Shown: positions 1 to 12,662 of the stretch, in pieces | Numbering within the stretch: the stretch's first letter is position 1 | How the letters are laid out: each line of letters starts with the position of its first letter | Source: Phaeosaccion multiseriatum | Lineage: Eukaryota > Protista > Ochrophyta, other classes | Assembly (NCBI GenBank): GCA_965112735.1 | Contig: OZ218958.1 | Location: 3,224,001-3,288,000 of the forward strand | Reading direction: 5' to 3' | Length of the DNA: 64,000 nucleotides | Translations under genes and position numbers: made by a program | The notes under the pieces: generated by a model | Database searches by the model: none | Told to the model about the DNA's origin: nothing | The model's input: the letters and a program-made list of their open reading frames with translations, nothing else

Positions 1-288
1 CTGTCATGAGGATCAATTCCCGTGTCTCGGAAGGCCACGTGAGTACGTGGAGTGTGGTGGGGTGCGACACAGCGCTCATGAAGTGGGGGGAAACACCGGC
101 ACGCCAGCCTGTGAGTAAATTGTATCACCGACGTGCCGACGTAGAATAGGCAGGCCCTTTGCCACCACGCTGAATCAGAGCAAGCAAGCGCGTGACTGCA
201 GCTCAATAAGAATGTATTCAATTGTTACTTGTCCAAAATAGCGAAGGCCGGAGTGTTGGGAGACTCGAGAGGACAACCCGAAGCAGAA

Positions 289-3200
289 TCACTTCTTGCC
301 ATTGCCCTTCCCCCTTCCCCTCCTCTTCTTGGTGCCCTTTCCCTTTCTCTTCCCCTTTCCCGTCGGAGCTGTCCAGACGGGCGCGTCAGTGGACGCTGCT
401 GTCCAGACGGGCTTGGTCGTGGGAGCGGGGGTAGGTGCGTCCGTAGGAGCCCTCGTTGGCTGTGGGTGGGGAAGCGAGCACGGGAAGGAAGGACGGGGAC
501 ATGAAGTGGAGCAAGGGGTAAGAGACGCGTGAGGCTTAGCGGGGAGCGTAGAGCTCGAACGGGCCGATCCCACGAGGTCGACGGGCACGGCGGACTGCCC
601 ATGACTGCTGAGATGGCTCACCTTCATCGTCGGGGCGGGGGTAGGTGCATCCGTAGGAGCCCTCGTGGGCTGTGGGTGGGGAAGCGAACAAGGGAAGGAA
701 GGACGGACATGAAGTGAAGCAAGGGGTAAGAGACGCGTGAGGCTTAGCGGGGAGCGTAGAGCTGAAACGGGCCGATCACATGAGGTCGACGGGCACAGCA
801 GACTGCCCATGACTGCTGAGATTGCGTACCTTCATGGTGGGGGCGGGCGTAGGTGCGGCTGTCCAGACGGGCTTGATCGTAGGAGCGGGGGTAGGTGCAT
901 CCGTAGGAGCCCTCGTTGGCTGTGGGTGGGGAAGCGAGCAAGGGAAGGAAGGACGGAAATGAAGTGGAGCAAGGGGTAAGAGACGCGTGAGGCTTAGCGG
1001 GGAGCGTAGAGCTCAAACGGGCCGATCACATGAGCTTGACGGGCACAGCACACGGCCCATGACTGCTGAGATTGCTTACCTTCATCGTCGGGGCGGGGGT
1101 AGGTGCATCCGTAGGAGCCCTCGTTGGCTGTGGGTGGGGAAGCGAGCAAGGGAAGGAAGGACCGAAATGAAGTGGAGCAAGGGGTAAGGGAAACGCGAGG
1201 CTCAGCGGGAAGCGTAGAGCTCAAACGGGCCGATCACACGAGGTCGACGGGCACGGCGGACTGCCCATGACTGCTGAGATTGCGTACCTTCATGGTCGGG
1301 GCGGGCGTAGGTGCGGCTGTCCAGACTGGCTTGATCGTAGGAGCGGGGGTAGGTGCATCCGTAGGAGCCCTCGTTGGCTGTGAAGTGAGCACGGGAAGGA
1401 AGGGCGGACATGAAGTGGAGCAAGGGGTAAGAGACGCGTGAGGATGAGCGGGGAACGTAGAGCTGAAACGGGCCCATCCCTTGAGCTCGACGGGCACAGC
1501 AGACTGCCCATGACTGCTGAGATGGCTCACCTTCATCGTCGGGGCGGGGGTAGGTGCATCCGTAGGAGCCCTCGTTGGCTGTGGGTGGGGAAGCGAGCGA
1601 GGGAAGAGAGGACGGAAATGAAGTGGAGCAAGGGTTAAGGGAAACGCGAGGCTTCGGGGGGGCGTAGAGCTCAAACGGGCCGATCGCATGAGGTCGACGG
1701 GCACGGCGGACTGCCCATGACGGCTGAGATTGCTCACCTTCATGGTGGGGGCGGGTGTAGGTGCCGCTGTCCAGACTGGCTTAGGCGTGGGAGCGGGGGT
1801 AGGAGCATCTGTAGGAGCTCTCGTGGGCTGTGAGTGAAGGAGCGAGCACGGGAATGTATGTGGAGTCGCAGGAGAGCGAGGCTTAGGAGTGTAGGAAAGA
1901 GACGACTCGCACACACCAGCTCGACGGGCACGGCACCCGGCCCCTGACTGCTGAGATGGCTCACCTTCATCGTCGGGGCGGGGGTAGGTGCATCCGTAGG
2001 AGCCCTCGTGGGCTGTGGGTGGGGAAGCGAGCGAGGGAAGAGAGGACGGACATGAAGTGGAGCAAGGGTTAAGGGAAACGCGAGGCTTCGGGGGGGCGTA
2101 GAGCTCAAACGGGCCGATCGCATGAGGTCGACGGGCACGGCGGACTGCCCATGACGGCTGAGATTGCTCACCTTCATGGTGGGGGCGCGTGTAGGTGCCG
2201 CTGTCCAGACTGGCTTAGGCGTGGGAGCGGGGGTAGGAGCGTCTGTAGGAGCTCTCGTGGGCTGTGAGTGAAGGAGCGAGCACGGGAATGTATGTGGAGT
2301 CGCAGGAGAGCGAGGCTTAGGAGTGTAGGAAAGAGACGACTCGTACACACCAGCTCGACGGGTACAGCACACGGCCCCTGACTGCTGCTGAGATGGCTCA
2401 CCTTCATCGTCGGGGCGGGGGTAGGTGCATCCGTAGGAGCCCTCGTGGGCTGTGGGTGGGGAAGCGAGCGAGGGAAGGAAGGACGGACACGACAGGGAGC
2501 AAGGGGTAAGAGACGCGTGAGGCTTAGCGGGGAGAGTAGAGCTCAAACGGGCCGATCACATGAGGTCGACGGGCACAGCAGACTGCCCATGACTGCTGAG
2601 ATTGCGTACCTTCATGGTGGGGGCGGGCGTAGGTGCGGCTGTCCAGACGGGCTTGGTCGTAGGAGGGGGGGTAGGAGCGTCTGTAGGAGCTCTCGTGGGC
2701 TGTGAGTGAAGGAGCGAGGACGGGAATGCATGTGGGGTAGCAGGAGAGCGACGCTTAGTAGAGAGTGTAGGAAAGAGACGGCTCGTACACACCAGCTCGA
2801 CGGGCACAGCACACGGCCCCTGACTGCTGCTGAGATGGCTCACCTTCATCGTCGGGGCGGGGGTAGGTGCGTCCGTAGGAGCCCTCGTGGGCTGTGGGTG
2901 GGGAAGCGAGCACGGGAAGGAAGGACGGACATGAAGTGGAGCAAGGGGTAAGAGACGCGTGAGGCTTAGCGGGAAGCGTAGAGCTCAAACGGGCCGATCA
3001 CATGAGGTCGACGGGCACAGCAGACTGCCCATGACTCCTGAGATTGCGTACCTTCATGGTGGGGGCGGGCGTAGGTGCGGCTGTCCAGACTGGCTTGATC
3101 GTAGGAGCGGGGGTAGGTGCATCCGTAGGAGCCCTCGTTGGCTGTGAAGTGAGCACGGGAAGGAAGGGCGGACATGAAGTGGAGCAAGGGGTAAGAGACG

Positions 3201-6200
3201 CGTGAGGATGAGCGGGGAACGTAGAGCTGAAACGGGCCCATCCCTTGAGCTCGACGGGCACAGCAGACTGCCCATGACTGCTGAGATGGCTCACCTTCAT
3301 CGTCGGGGCGGGGGTAGGTGCATCCGTAGGAGCCCTCGTTGGCTGTGGGTGGGGAAGCGAGCGAGGGAAGAGAGGACGGAAATGAAGTGGAGCAAGGGTT
3401 AAGGGAAACGCGAGGCTTCGGGGGGGCGTAGAGCTCAAACGGGCCGATCGCATGAGGTCGACGGGCACGGCGGACTGCCCATGACGGCTGAGATTGCTCA
3501 CCTTCATGGTGGGGGCGGGTGTAGGTGCCGCTGTCCAGACTGGCTTAGGCGTGGGAGCGGGGGTAGGAGCATCTGTAGGAGCTCTCGTGGGCTGTGAGTG
3601 AAGGAGCGAGCACGGGAATGTATGTGGAGTCGCAGGAGAGCGAGGCTTAGGAGTGTAGGAAAGAGACGACTCGTACACACCAGCTCGACGGGCACGGCAC
3701 CCGGCCCCTGACTGCTGAGATGGCTCACCTTCATCGTCGGGGCGGGGGTAGGTGCATCCGTAGGAGCCCTCGTGGGCTGTGGGTGGGGAAGCGAGCGAGG
3801 GAAGAGAGGACGGACATGAAGTGGAGCAAGGGTTAAGGGAAACGCGAGGCTTCGGGGGGCGTAGAGCTCAAACGGGCCGATCGCATGAGGTCGACGGGCA
3901 CGGCGGACTGCCCATGACGGCTGAGATTGCTCACCTTCATGGTGGGGGCGCGTGTAGGTGCCGCTGTCCAGACTGGCTTAGGCGTGGGAGCGGGGGTAGG
4001 AGCGTCTGTAGGAGCTCTCGTGGGCTGTGAGTGAAGGAGCGAGCACGGGAATGTATGTGGAGTCGCAGGAGAGCGAGGCTTAGGAGTGTAGGAAAGAGAC
4101 GACTCGTACACACCAGCTCGACGGGTACAGCACACGGCCCCTGACTGCTGCTGAGATGGCTCACCTTCATCGTCGGGGCGGGGGTAGGTGCATCCGTAGG
4201 AGCCCTCGTGGGCTGTGGGTGGGGAAGCGAGCGAGGGAAGGAAGGACGGACACGACAGGGAGCAAGGGGTAAGAGACGCGTGAGGCTTAGCGGGGAGAGT
4301 AGAGCTCAAACGGGCCGATCACATGAGGTCGACGGGCACAGCAGACTGCCCATGACTGCTGAGATTGCGTACCTTCATGGTGGGGGCGGGCGTAGGTGCC
4401 GCTGTCCAGACGGGCTTGGTCGTAGGAGGGGGGGTAGGAGCGTCTGTAGGAGCTCTCGTGGGCTGTGAGTGAAGGAGCGAGGACGGGAATGCATGTGGGG
4501 TAGCAGGAGAGCGACGCTTAGTAGAGAGTGTAGGAAAGAGACGGCTCGTACACACCAGCTCGACGGGCACAGCACACGGCCCCTGACCGCTGCTGAGATG
4601 GCTCACCTTCATCGTCGGGGCGGGGGTAGGTGCGTCCGTAGGAGCCCTCGTGGGCTGTGGGTGGGGAAGCGAGCACGGGAAGGAAGGACGGACATGAAGT
4701 GGAGCAAGGGGTAAGAGACGCGTGAGGCTTAGCGGGGAGCGTAGAGCTCAAACGGGCCGATCACATGAGGTCGACGGGCACAGCAGACTGCCCATGACTC
4801 CTGAGATTGCGTACCTTCATGGTGGGGGCGGGCGTAGGTGCGGCTGTCCAGACTGGCTTGATCGTAGGAGCGGGGGTAGGTGCATCCGTAGGAGCCCTCG
4901 TTGGCTGTGGGTGGGGAAGCGAGCAAGGGAAGGAAGGACGGAAATGAAGTGGAGCAAGGGGTAAGGGAAACGCGAGGCTCAGCGGGAAGCGTAGAGCTCA
5001 AACGGGCCGATCACACGAGGTCGACGGGCACGGCGGACTGCCCATGACTGCTGAGATTGCGTACCTTCATGGTCGGGGCGGGCGTAGGTGCCGCTGTCCA
5101 GACAGGCTTGGTCGTAGGAGCGGGGGTAGGAGCGTCTGTAGGAGCCCTCGTGGGCTGTGAGTGAAGGAGCGAGCACGGGAATGTATGTGGAGTCGCAGGA
5201 GAGCGAGGCTTAGGAGTGTAGGAAAGAGACGACTCGTACACACCAGCTCGACGGGCACGGCACCCGGCCCCTGACTGCTGAGATGGCTCACCTTCACCGT
5301 CGGGGCGGGGGTAGGTGCATCCGTAGGAGCCCTCGTGGGCTGTGGGTGGGGAAGCGAGCAAGGGAAGGAAGGACGGACATGAAGTGGAGCAAGGGGTAAG
5401 AGACGCGTGAGGCTTAGCGGGGAGAGTAGAGCTCAAACGGGCCGATCACATGAGGTCGACGGGCACAGCAGACTGCCCATGACTGCTGAGATTGCTTACC
5501 TTCATCGTCGGGGCGGGGGTAGGTGCCGCTGTCCAGACTGGCTTGGTCGTAGGAGCGGGGGTAGGAGCGTCCGTAGGAGCCCTCGTGGGCTGTGAGTGGA
5601 GGAGCGAGCACGGGAAGGAAGGGCGGACAAAAAGTGGAGCAAGGGGTAAGAGACGCGTGAGGCTTACCTGGGAGCGTAGAGCTGAAACGGGCCGATCACA
5701 TGAGCTCGACGGGCACAGCAGACTGCCCATGACGGCTGGGATTACTCACCTTCATCGTCGGGGCGGGGGTAGGTGCGTCCGTAGGAGCCCTCGTGGGCTG
5801 TGGGTGGGGAAGCGAGCAAGGGAAGGAAGGACGGACATGAAGTGGAGCAAGGGGTAAGAGACGCGTGAGGCTTAGCGGGGAGCGTAGAGCTCAAACGGGC
5901 CGATCACATGAGGTCGACGGGCACGGCGGACTGCCCATGACTGCTGAGATTGCTCACCTTCATGGTGGGGGCGGGCGTAGGTGCCGCTGTCCAGACGGGC
6001 TTGGTCGTAGGAGCGGGGGTAGGAGCGTCTGTAGGAGCTCTCGTGGGCTGTGAGTGAAGGAGCGAGGACGGGAATGCATGTGGGGTAGCAGGAGAGCGAC
6101 GCTTAGTAGAGAGTGTAGGAAAGAGACGGCTCGTACACACCAGCTCGACGGGCACAGCACCCGGCCCCTGACTGCTGAGATGGCTCACCTTCATCGTCGG

Positions 6201-8650
6201 GGCGGGGGTAGGTGCATCCGTAGGAGCCCTCGTGGGCTGTGGGTGGGGAAGCGAACAAGGGAAGGAAGGACGGACATGAAGTGAAGCAAGGGGTAAGAGA
6301 CGCGTGAGGCTTTGCGGGGAGCGTAGAGCTGAAACGGGCCGATCACATGAGGTCGACGGGCACAGCAGACTGCCCATGACTGCTGAGATTGCGTACCTTC
6401 ATGGTGGGGGCGGGCGTAGGTGCGGCTGTCCAGACGGGCTTGATCGTAGGAGCGGGGGTAGGTGCATCCGTAGGAGCCCTCGTTGGCTGTGGGTGGGGAA
6501 GCGAGCAAGGGAAGGAAGGACGGAAATGAAGTGGAGCAAGGGGTAAGAGACGCGTGAGGCTTAGCGGGGAGCGTAGAGCTCAAACGGGCCGATCACATGA
6601 GCTTGACGGGCACAGCACACGGCCCATGACTGCTGAGATTGCTTACCTTCATCGTCGGGGCGGGGGTAGGTGCATCCGTAGGAGCCCTCGTTGGCTGTGG
6701 GTGGGGAAGCGAGCAAGGGAAGGAAGGACCGAAATGAAGTGGAGCAAGGGGTAAGGGAAACGCGAGGCTCAGCGGGAAGCGTAGAGCTCAAACGGGCCGA
6801 TCACACGAGGTCGACGGGCACGGCGGACTGCCCATGACTCCTGAGATTGCGTACCTTCATGGTCGGGGCGGGCGTAGGTGCGGCTGTCCAGACTGGCTTG
6901 ATCGTAGGAGCGGGGGTAGGTGCATCCGTAGGAGCCCTCGTTGGCTGTGGGTGGGGAAGTGAGCACGGGAAGGAAGGACGGACATGAAGTGGAGCAAGGG
7001 GTAAGAGACGCGTGAGGCTTAGCGGGAAGCGTAGAGCTCAAACGGGCCGATCACACGAGGTCGACGGGCACGGCGGACTGCCCATGACTGCTGAGATTGC
7101 GTACCTTCATGGTGGGGGCGGGCGTAGGTGCCGCTGTCCAGACTGGCTTGGTCGTAGGAGCGGGGGTAGGAGCGTCTGTAGGAGCTCTCGTGGGCTGTGA
7201 GTGAAGGAGCGAGCACGGGAATGCATGTGGGGTAGCAGGAGAGCGAGGCTTAGTAGCGAGTATAGGAAAGAGACGACTCGTACACACCAGCTCGACGGGC
7301 ACAGCACACGGCCCCTGACTGCTGAGATTGCTCACCTTCATCGTCGGGGCGGGGGTAGGTGCATCCGTAGGAGCCCTCGTGGGCTGTGGGTGGGGAAGCG
7401 AGCAAGGGAAGGAAGGACGGACATGAAGTGGAGCAAGGGGTAAGAGACGCGTGAGGCTTAGCGGGGAGCGTAGAGCTCAAACGGGCCGATCACACGAGGT
7501 CGACGGGCACGGCGGACTGCCCATTACTGCTAAGATTGCGTGCCTTCACGGTGGGGGCGGGTGTAGGTGCCGCTGTCCAGACGGGAGCCTTGGTGGGCGC
7601 CGCTGTCCAGACAGGCGACTTGGTGGCCTTGGGAGCCTTGGTGGCCTTTGGTGCCTTGGGAGCCTTGTCACACTCCTTTGCGCAAGGGATGATCAGTCCG
7701 TACCCCTTTCTCATACTCTCGCCACAAAACCTGCACTCCGTTGTTTCACCGTCGGCTCTGCAACCAATCCCGCCGTTTCGGCAAGAGGGGTCCGTCACAC
7801 ACGGCCAAGCAGCTCCATTCCGTTCGCAGAGAGACACGCAGGGATCGGGCAGGCATCCGGGTGTGGGAGCGTCCGTCCAGGGCGTGGGGGTGGGAGCCTT
7901 GGTGGGAGTGGGAGGATCAGTCCACACAGGCTGGGGCGTAGGGGCAGGGACATCGAGGTCACAGTCGTACTCTCCCTCGGGCGAACAGAGCTCGCTGATG
8001 TCGTGAGAGAAGGCGGCGCAGCTGTCCCCATACACGGACCGCTTGGGGTGAGGGCACTGGCACGACTTGGGGTAGTGCCCAGAGTCGCACTTTGGGGTGC
8101 GAAGCTCGCGACCTCTTTCCCGATCTTCCTGCTGCCCCTCCGACAAGGAGCAGTGCACCTCGGAGCTGTCGTGGTCGAAGACGGCGGTGTATTCCTCTCC
8201 ACAGGGGCTGCTGCCCACGGGGAGGAGCTTCTCCAGCGTCTCGGTCGCAGAAACCACGGCGCTCTTCTTCCTGTTCATCCAGCCCAGGAGCGAGCGATGC
8301 GGGTGTCCGGTGCCATCGCAGTCTTCTCCGTTCTGAGGAACCTCGAGGCCGTCCGGGAAGGTACAGCGGTAGCCTGAGCCGGAGCCGTCCTCGCACTCGC
8401 CGAAGAGGGTCAGCTGGACCATTCCGCCGCAGGTGGGCACATCCAGCTCGAAGTCGCACGAGAAGAGCTTGCACTCGTCGAGGGGAACACACTTGCTCGG
8501 CACGAGGGGGTGGGGGCAGTCGCGAGGGCAGACCTCGCCGTTCCAGCTCTCGTATCCGGAGTCACCGGACGCGGCGGCACCGAACAAGGGGGAAGCGAGG
8601 GCCAGGAAGGCGGCGAGAGTTGCGGCCTTGACCTTCATGGCAGGCATCAT
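289..8650 (-). CDS. Secreted Cys-rich, Pro/Thr-rich mucin/extensin-like protein; 33 exons, about 1140 aa
   Basis: Exon 1 (8638/8650-7544) has a signal peptide MKVKAATLAAFLALASPLFGAAA, Cys-rich modules and PTPAPT/KAPK repeats. It is followed by 31 internal exons bounded by (c/t)acAG...AAG|GT(G/A), encoding PTRAPTDAPTPAPTMK (48 nt) or PTRAPTDAPTPAPTxKPVWTAAPTPAPTMK (90 nt). The terminal exon 459-289 ends GKGKRKGKGTKKRRGRGKGNGKK*. Confidence 0.85.
460..7543 (-). repeat. Tandem array of intron+exon units (about 185-250 bp each) with a 1764-bp higher-order repeat
   Basis: Exons start (plus-strand left ends) at 622, 830, 1080, 1288, 1531, 1738, 1965, 2172, 2402, 2610, 2844, 3052, 3295, 3502, 3729, 3935, 4165, 4373, 4607, 4815, 5065, 5292, 5500, 5750, 5958, 6189, 6397, 6647, 6855, 7105 and 7336. 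Offsets are 1763-1764 between the 1288-3052 and 3052-4815 blocks, and 5567 between the 622-1288 and 6189-6855 blocks. Confidence 0.95.
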
Positions 8651-9690
8651 GAGGATGTTGCTGTTGATGGGTGTCGATACCGTGGTGGCTGCAGGGACGG
8701 GCATGTGAGCCACGAGGGCGGGGTTGGTGGGTGGGCAGCAGAAGCGAGAGGGTGGCAGGTGTGATCGAAGGGAATGAGGGCAGCGCGATGGAAAAGTAAG
8801 CCAAGGTGAAGCAGCAGCCTTTTGCTCCTCCACTCCCCAAGGAAACAGGGCCTGCTCGTCGCTCCTCGTTGCTGGGGTGGACGAGTCACTTGAAGCTCGC
8901 CGCCGCTCTAATGAGGGCAAGCCAAGGCGGAGCGACCGCTCGTTGGAGCAACAAAGCAAGCATTCATGAACACAACCGTGCTGACCACTGGATAGAGAGA
9001 CGCCCTCACCTTGCTGCTAGTCCTGAGTGTCTTTGGATTATGAGGACATGGTTTAGCTTGGTTTGCTCCACGGGGTTGCTCCACATTCCTCTTCTTTTGA
9101 TTGTACAGGTACTCTTTTGTTACTTTTACCGCCTCTTACCGCCTCCCCGCCAAATTCTGGTGTTCGACAGGCAGGAATGACGCGCTGAGGCTGAACCCTG
9201 GCGACTGTCGATCCGTTCGAGTAAAGCTGCCGGCGCGGCAGGGTAGAGGTACAGAGGGGTTGGACTTATCGAAGTCGTTGTTACTTTACTCTTGATTATT
9301 TTTTGGTATGTAAACACACAAGTTCGCAGCTCGCTCACAAGTGATGCAAGTGCATGCAAGAGACGACCCCCCTCCCCCCCCGTAGTCCATATTATCATTT
9401 CATAGCTGCGGCCGAGTCAAAGCGGTTACAAATTAGCAACAAGTGGTTAATAATAATAAAAAAAAAGGGGGGGGGGGGGGGGGGGCATACTTCTGGCCGT
9501 TGCTGAGGACGGAGGGAGGGACGGAGGGAGGGGGCAAGGCCTGAAATGACCGGCTTTCTTTCTCTGCGAAGGACACGCATCATGGCCCACATAGCTACAA
9601 ACCCCTTGTGGTGAAGAATCGGCATCATGCATTTCTCTCCCACTCGCGGCCCAGACTCTCTCCCTCGTCCGCGAGGGCTACACCGAGAGG

Positions 9691-10683
9691 CTACCCTGCC
9701 GTGGAGCCCTCCTCCTCGCCTCGTCCCCCCCCTTCTTCCCCTCGTCCTCCTGCCGGATCAGCTCCATACGAGTACGTGGCCGCTGCTCCTATGCCTCCCC
9801 CCCTGGGGCCGTCTCCGCCGTCGTCGGACGCTGCCCTTCTTCTGGCGCCCCTTGCTTCTTGATCACGCGCTCTCGCCACCTCCAACGCCTCACTCAGCTC
9901 CATGATGTTCATAGCGACGTTGCTGTTGCCACCACAGCCTGCACCTACTCCTACTCCTCCAACTCCGCCGCCCCCTCCTGCGGCTGCTACGACTGCTGCC
10001 TGCTGCTGCATGGCGTGGAGCGTCTTGCGAGCATTGATGCTCCTCTCGTGGGCATCGAGCGCCTGTCGGGTTGAGTGGAGGTGTGCAGGTGTGGAGGGGG
10101 TTGACGAATGGGCGGGAAGGCCGGAAGGAAGGAAGGAAGGAAGGATAGAAGGAGAGAGGGACGTGAGGTGACGGAAGAAAGGAAGGAAGGGAGAAGGGAG
10201 AGTAGAGAGAGGAGAAGAGGGGAGGGGAGGTAAGAGGAGGGGAGAGGGGGGCGACAAACACGCAAAGCTCTCAGGCGACCGACTCTCAATGACAAGTGGG
10301 GAGAAGGGACATGGTGAGGCAAGAGAAGAGGACCCCCGTTGCCGCGGAACACCGTCGACAAGTCCATGAGTACAGTACGTAGAGTGGGGTAGACAAAGGA
10401 TGGCAGCGTGTCCGTCCGTCCGCTCAATCGCTGTTTCGCGGGCCTGGCCTGCCTACCTGCTTCTTGTAGAGGGAGCTCTTCTTGCGCTCCTTCTTGACCG
10501 CCTTCCGGGCCTGAGAGCGCAGTCTGTCCAGTGCAATGCCCGCCGTCTTGGCGTACTCCTCGCGCTCGCTGTCAGCATATGGGGAAGAACATGACACATA
10601 TGCACACACGCACGCACATGCGAGCAAAAGAAAGGGAATGAGAAGCCAAGCTTGCGAGTGTCGTCAGGAAGTGCCAGACCCGA

Positions 10684-10714
<31 letters not shown>

Positions 10715-12629
10715 CAACAGCAGCGGCGGCGGCCAGACACCACCCACTCTCGCCCTCGCCGAAGACAGAACGGCGGCAGCAGACTAGGTATAGGACGATT
10801 CCCCCCCCCCAGAGGCAAAAAAAGACACGAGAAGACAACAGCGAAACACAACATCAAGCAAGGCAACGCCGTGCCCCAATACACTTTCACATAATATTAC
10901 GTACCGAACCGCCGAGTTCTTGAGGTCCTTGAGGGCCTGCAGATGGTCCTCTCTGGCGCTGCTCAAATGGGCTCTGAGAGCAACCACCTCCTCCTCCGCG
11001 GCCCCCAGGTGCTGCTGCTGCTCGGCGAGCTCGCTCTCTTGCAGCCCCGCCCTGTCCTGCTCCATCCTCAGCGCCTCTCTCGCGCTGGCCACCTCCGCCG
11101 TCAGTGCGTCGGTCGCTCTACGGAGAGAAGCAGTGTCGTCTTTGAGACGGTCTCTCTCAGTGACGAGTTGGGACATTCGCTGGTGTAGGGCCTCTTTCTC
11201 GCGCTGCAGGCGGCTTGCGTCTCCGCGGGCCCCCTCGGCTTCTCCCTGCCATCGAGTTGTGGCATTGGCCGTGTTGAGTTCGCTACTGCGTGCCACTGCC
11301 GAGATTCGATCCTGCGAACAGAGAGGGATAGAGAAGAGAGGGGTTGTGTGTGTGTGAGGGAGAGAGAAGGGGGCAAGCGTGGTGTGTCAAGACAAACCTA
11401 TACCGCCGGCGCGAAAGAGGAGAAAGAGCCAGAGCGACAGGGGAAGGAAGATGGCAAGAAAAACAAAGGCACCCTCCCTTCGACCACCATCAGCATCCAG
11501 CGGTGCCCACCCACCCGTCCACCCACCCACTCACCCCCCCGCCCAACCACAGACACACACACACGCGCGCGCGCGCGCCCACGCACCAGCTCCTCCTCGA
11601 GGCGGTCAATCTCCAATTGCAGCCTCTGCACCTGCCCCTGCGCCTCTCTCTGTGCCCTCGCCTCCCCCTCCTGCGCCTGTCTGCACCGCTCCTGAGACTG
11701 CCCCGCCACCTCTCTACAGCGCTGCTCAGCCGCCACAGCCCGTGCTGTGAGCTGCTCCACTGAGTCCTTGAAGTCGTCTCGCTCGGTGTGCCAGGCCTTG
11801 GTGAGGCGCTCTGTTTGAAGAAGGTTCTCAGACCGGGCCTCCAGCATGAGCTTTTCTCGAGCGTCGCACTGGTCAGGAGGGAGGAGGGAGGGAGGGAGGG
11901 AGGGAGGGAGGGAGGGAGGGAGGGAGGGAGGGAGGGAGGGAGGGGGGCATTGCGGTAAGGTCCAGTCAGTTTCATCCGGTGCGTTGAAGGAAGAAAGGGA
12001 GGAAGAACGAAAGGGAGGAAGCAAGCAAGCAATCAAGCAAGCAAGCAAGGTGTACCCACGTGAGGGTGTGTGCGCGCTCGTGCTGTCCGCTCCATCATTG
12101 CGCGCATATGAGCCAACACGTCCCGCAACCCCTCATCACTCACGTACCTGCTCTTTGAGGGCCGTCACCTCCCTGCTGAGTCCTGACACCCTGTCCTTGG
12201 CGTCCTCCGCATCCCGTTTGTACCTGGAGTTCTCAAGCCTGAGCTCGTCGCCTTGCCGCTGCAGAGCGCCCTTCTCGGCCTCGAGTGAGTTGAGGGCGGA
12301 TTGGAGCTTCGCGGCATCGCTCTGAAGGTCGGGCAGATATAGGTGCGTGATCAGAGGGCGCATGTTATGTACGTATGTATGTACGTATATGTATGTACGT
12401 ATGTATGTATGTATGTATGTATGTATGTTTGTATGTATGTATGTATGTGTGTGTATGTATGTATGTATGTATGTGTGCATGTATGTGTGTATGTATGTGT
12501 GTATGGATGGATGTACGTATGATGTATGTATGCATGTATGTGTATATGCATGTGTGTATGTATGTGTGTTTGTACGTATGTATGTATGTGTGTATGTATG
12601 TTTGTATGAAGGTATGTATGTATGTATGC

Positions 12630-12662
<33 letters not shown>

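Noticed and set aside
222-7480. Dozens of short ORFs on both strands of the array
   Set aside because: They are shadows of one spliced minus-strand gene.
460-7543. CRISPR array or non-coding satellite
   Set aside because: There are no unique spacers and no cas genes. Every unit has splice signals around a frame-preserving exon that continues exon 1.
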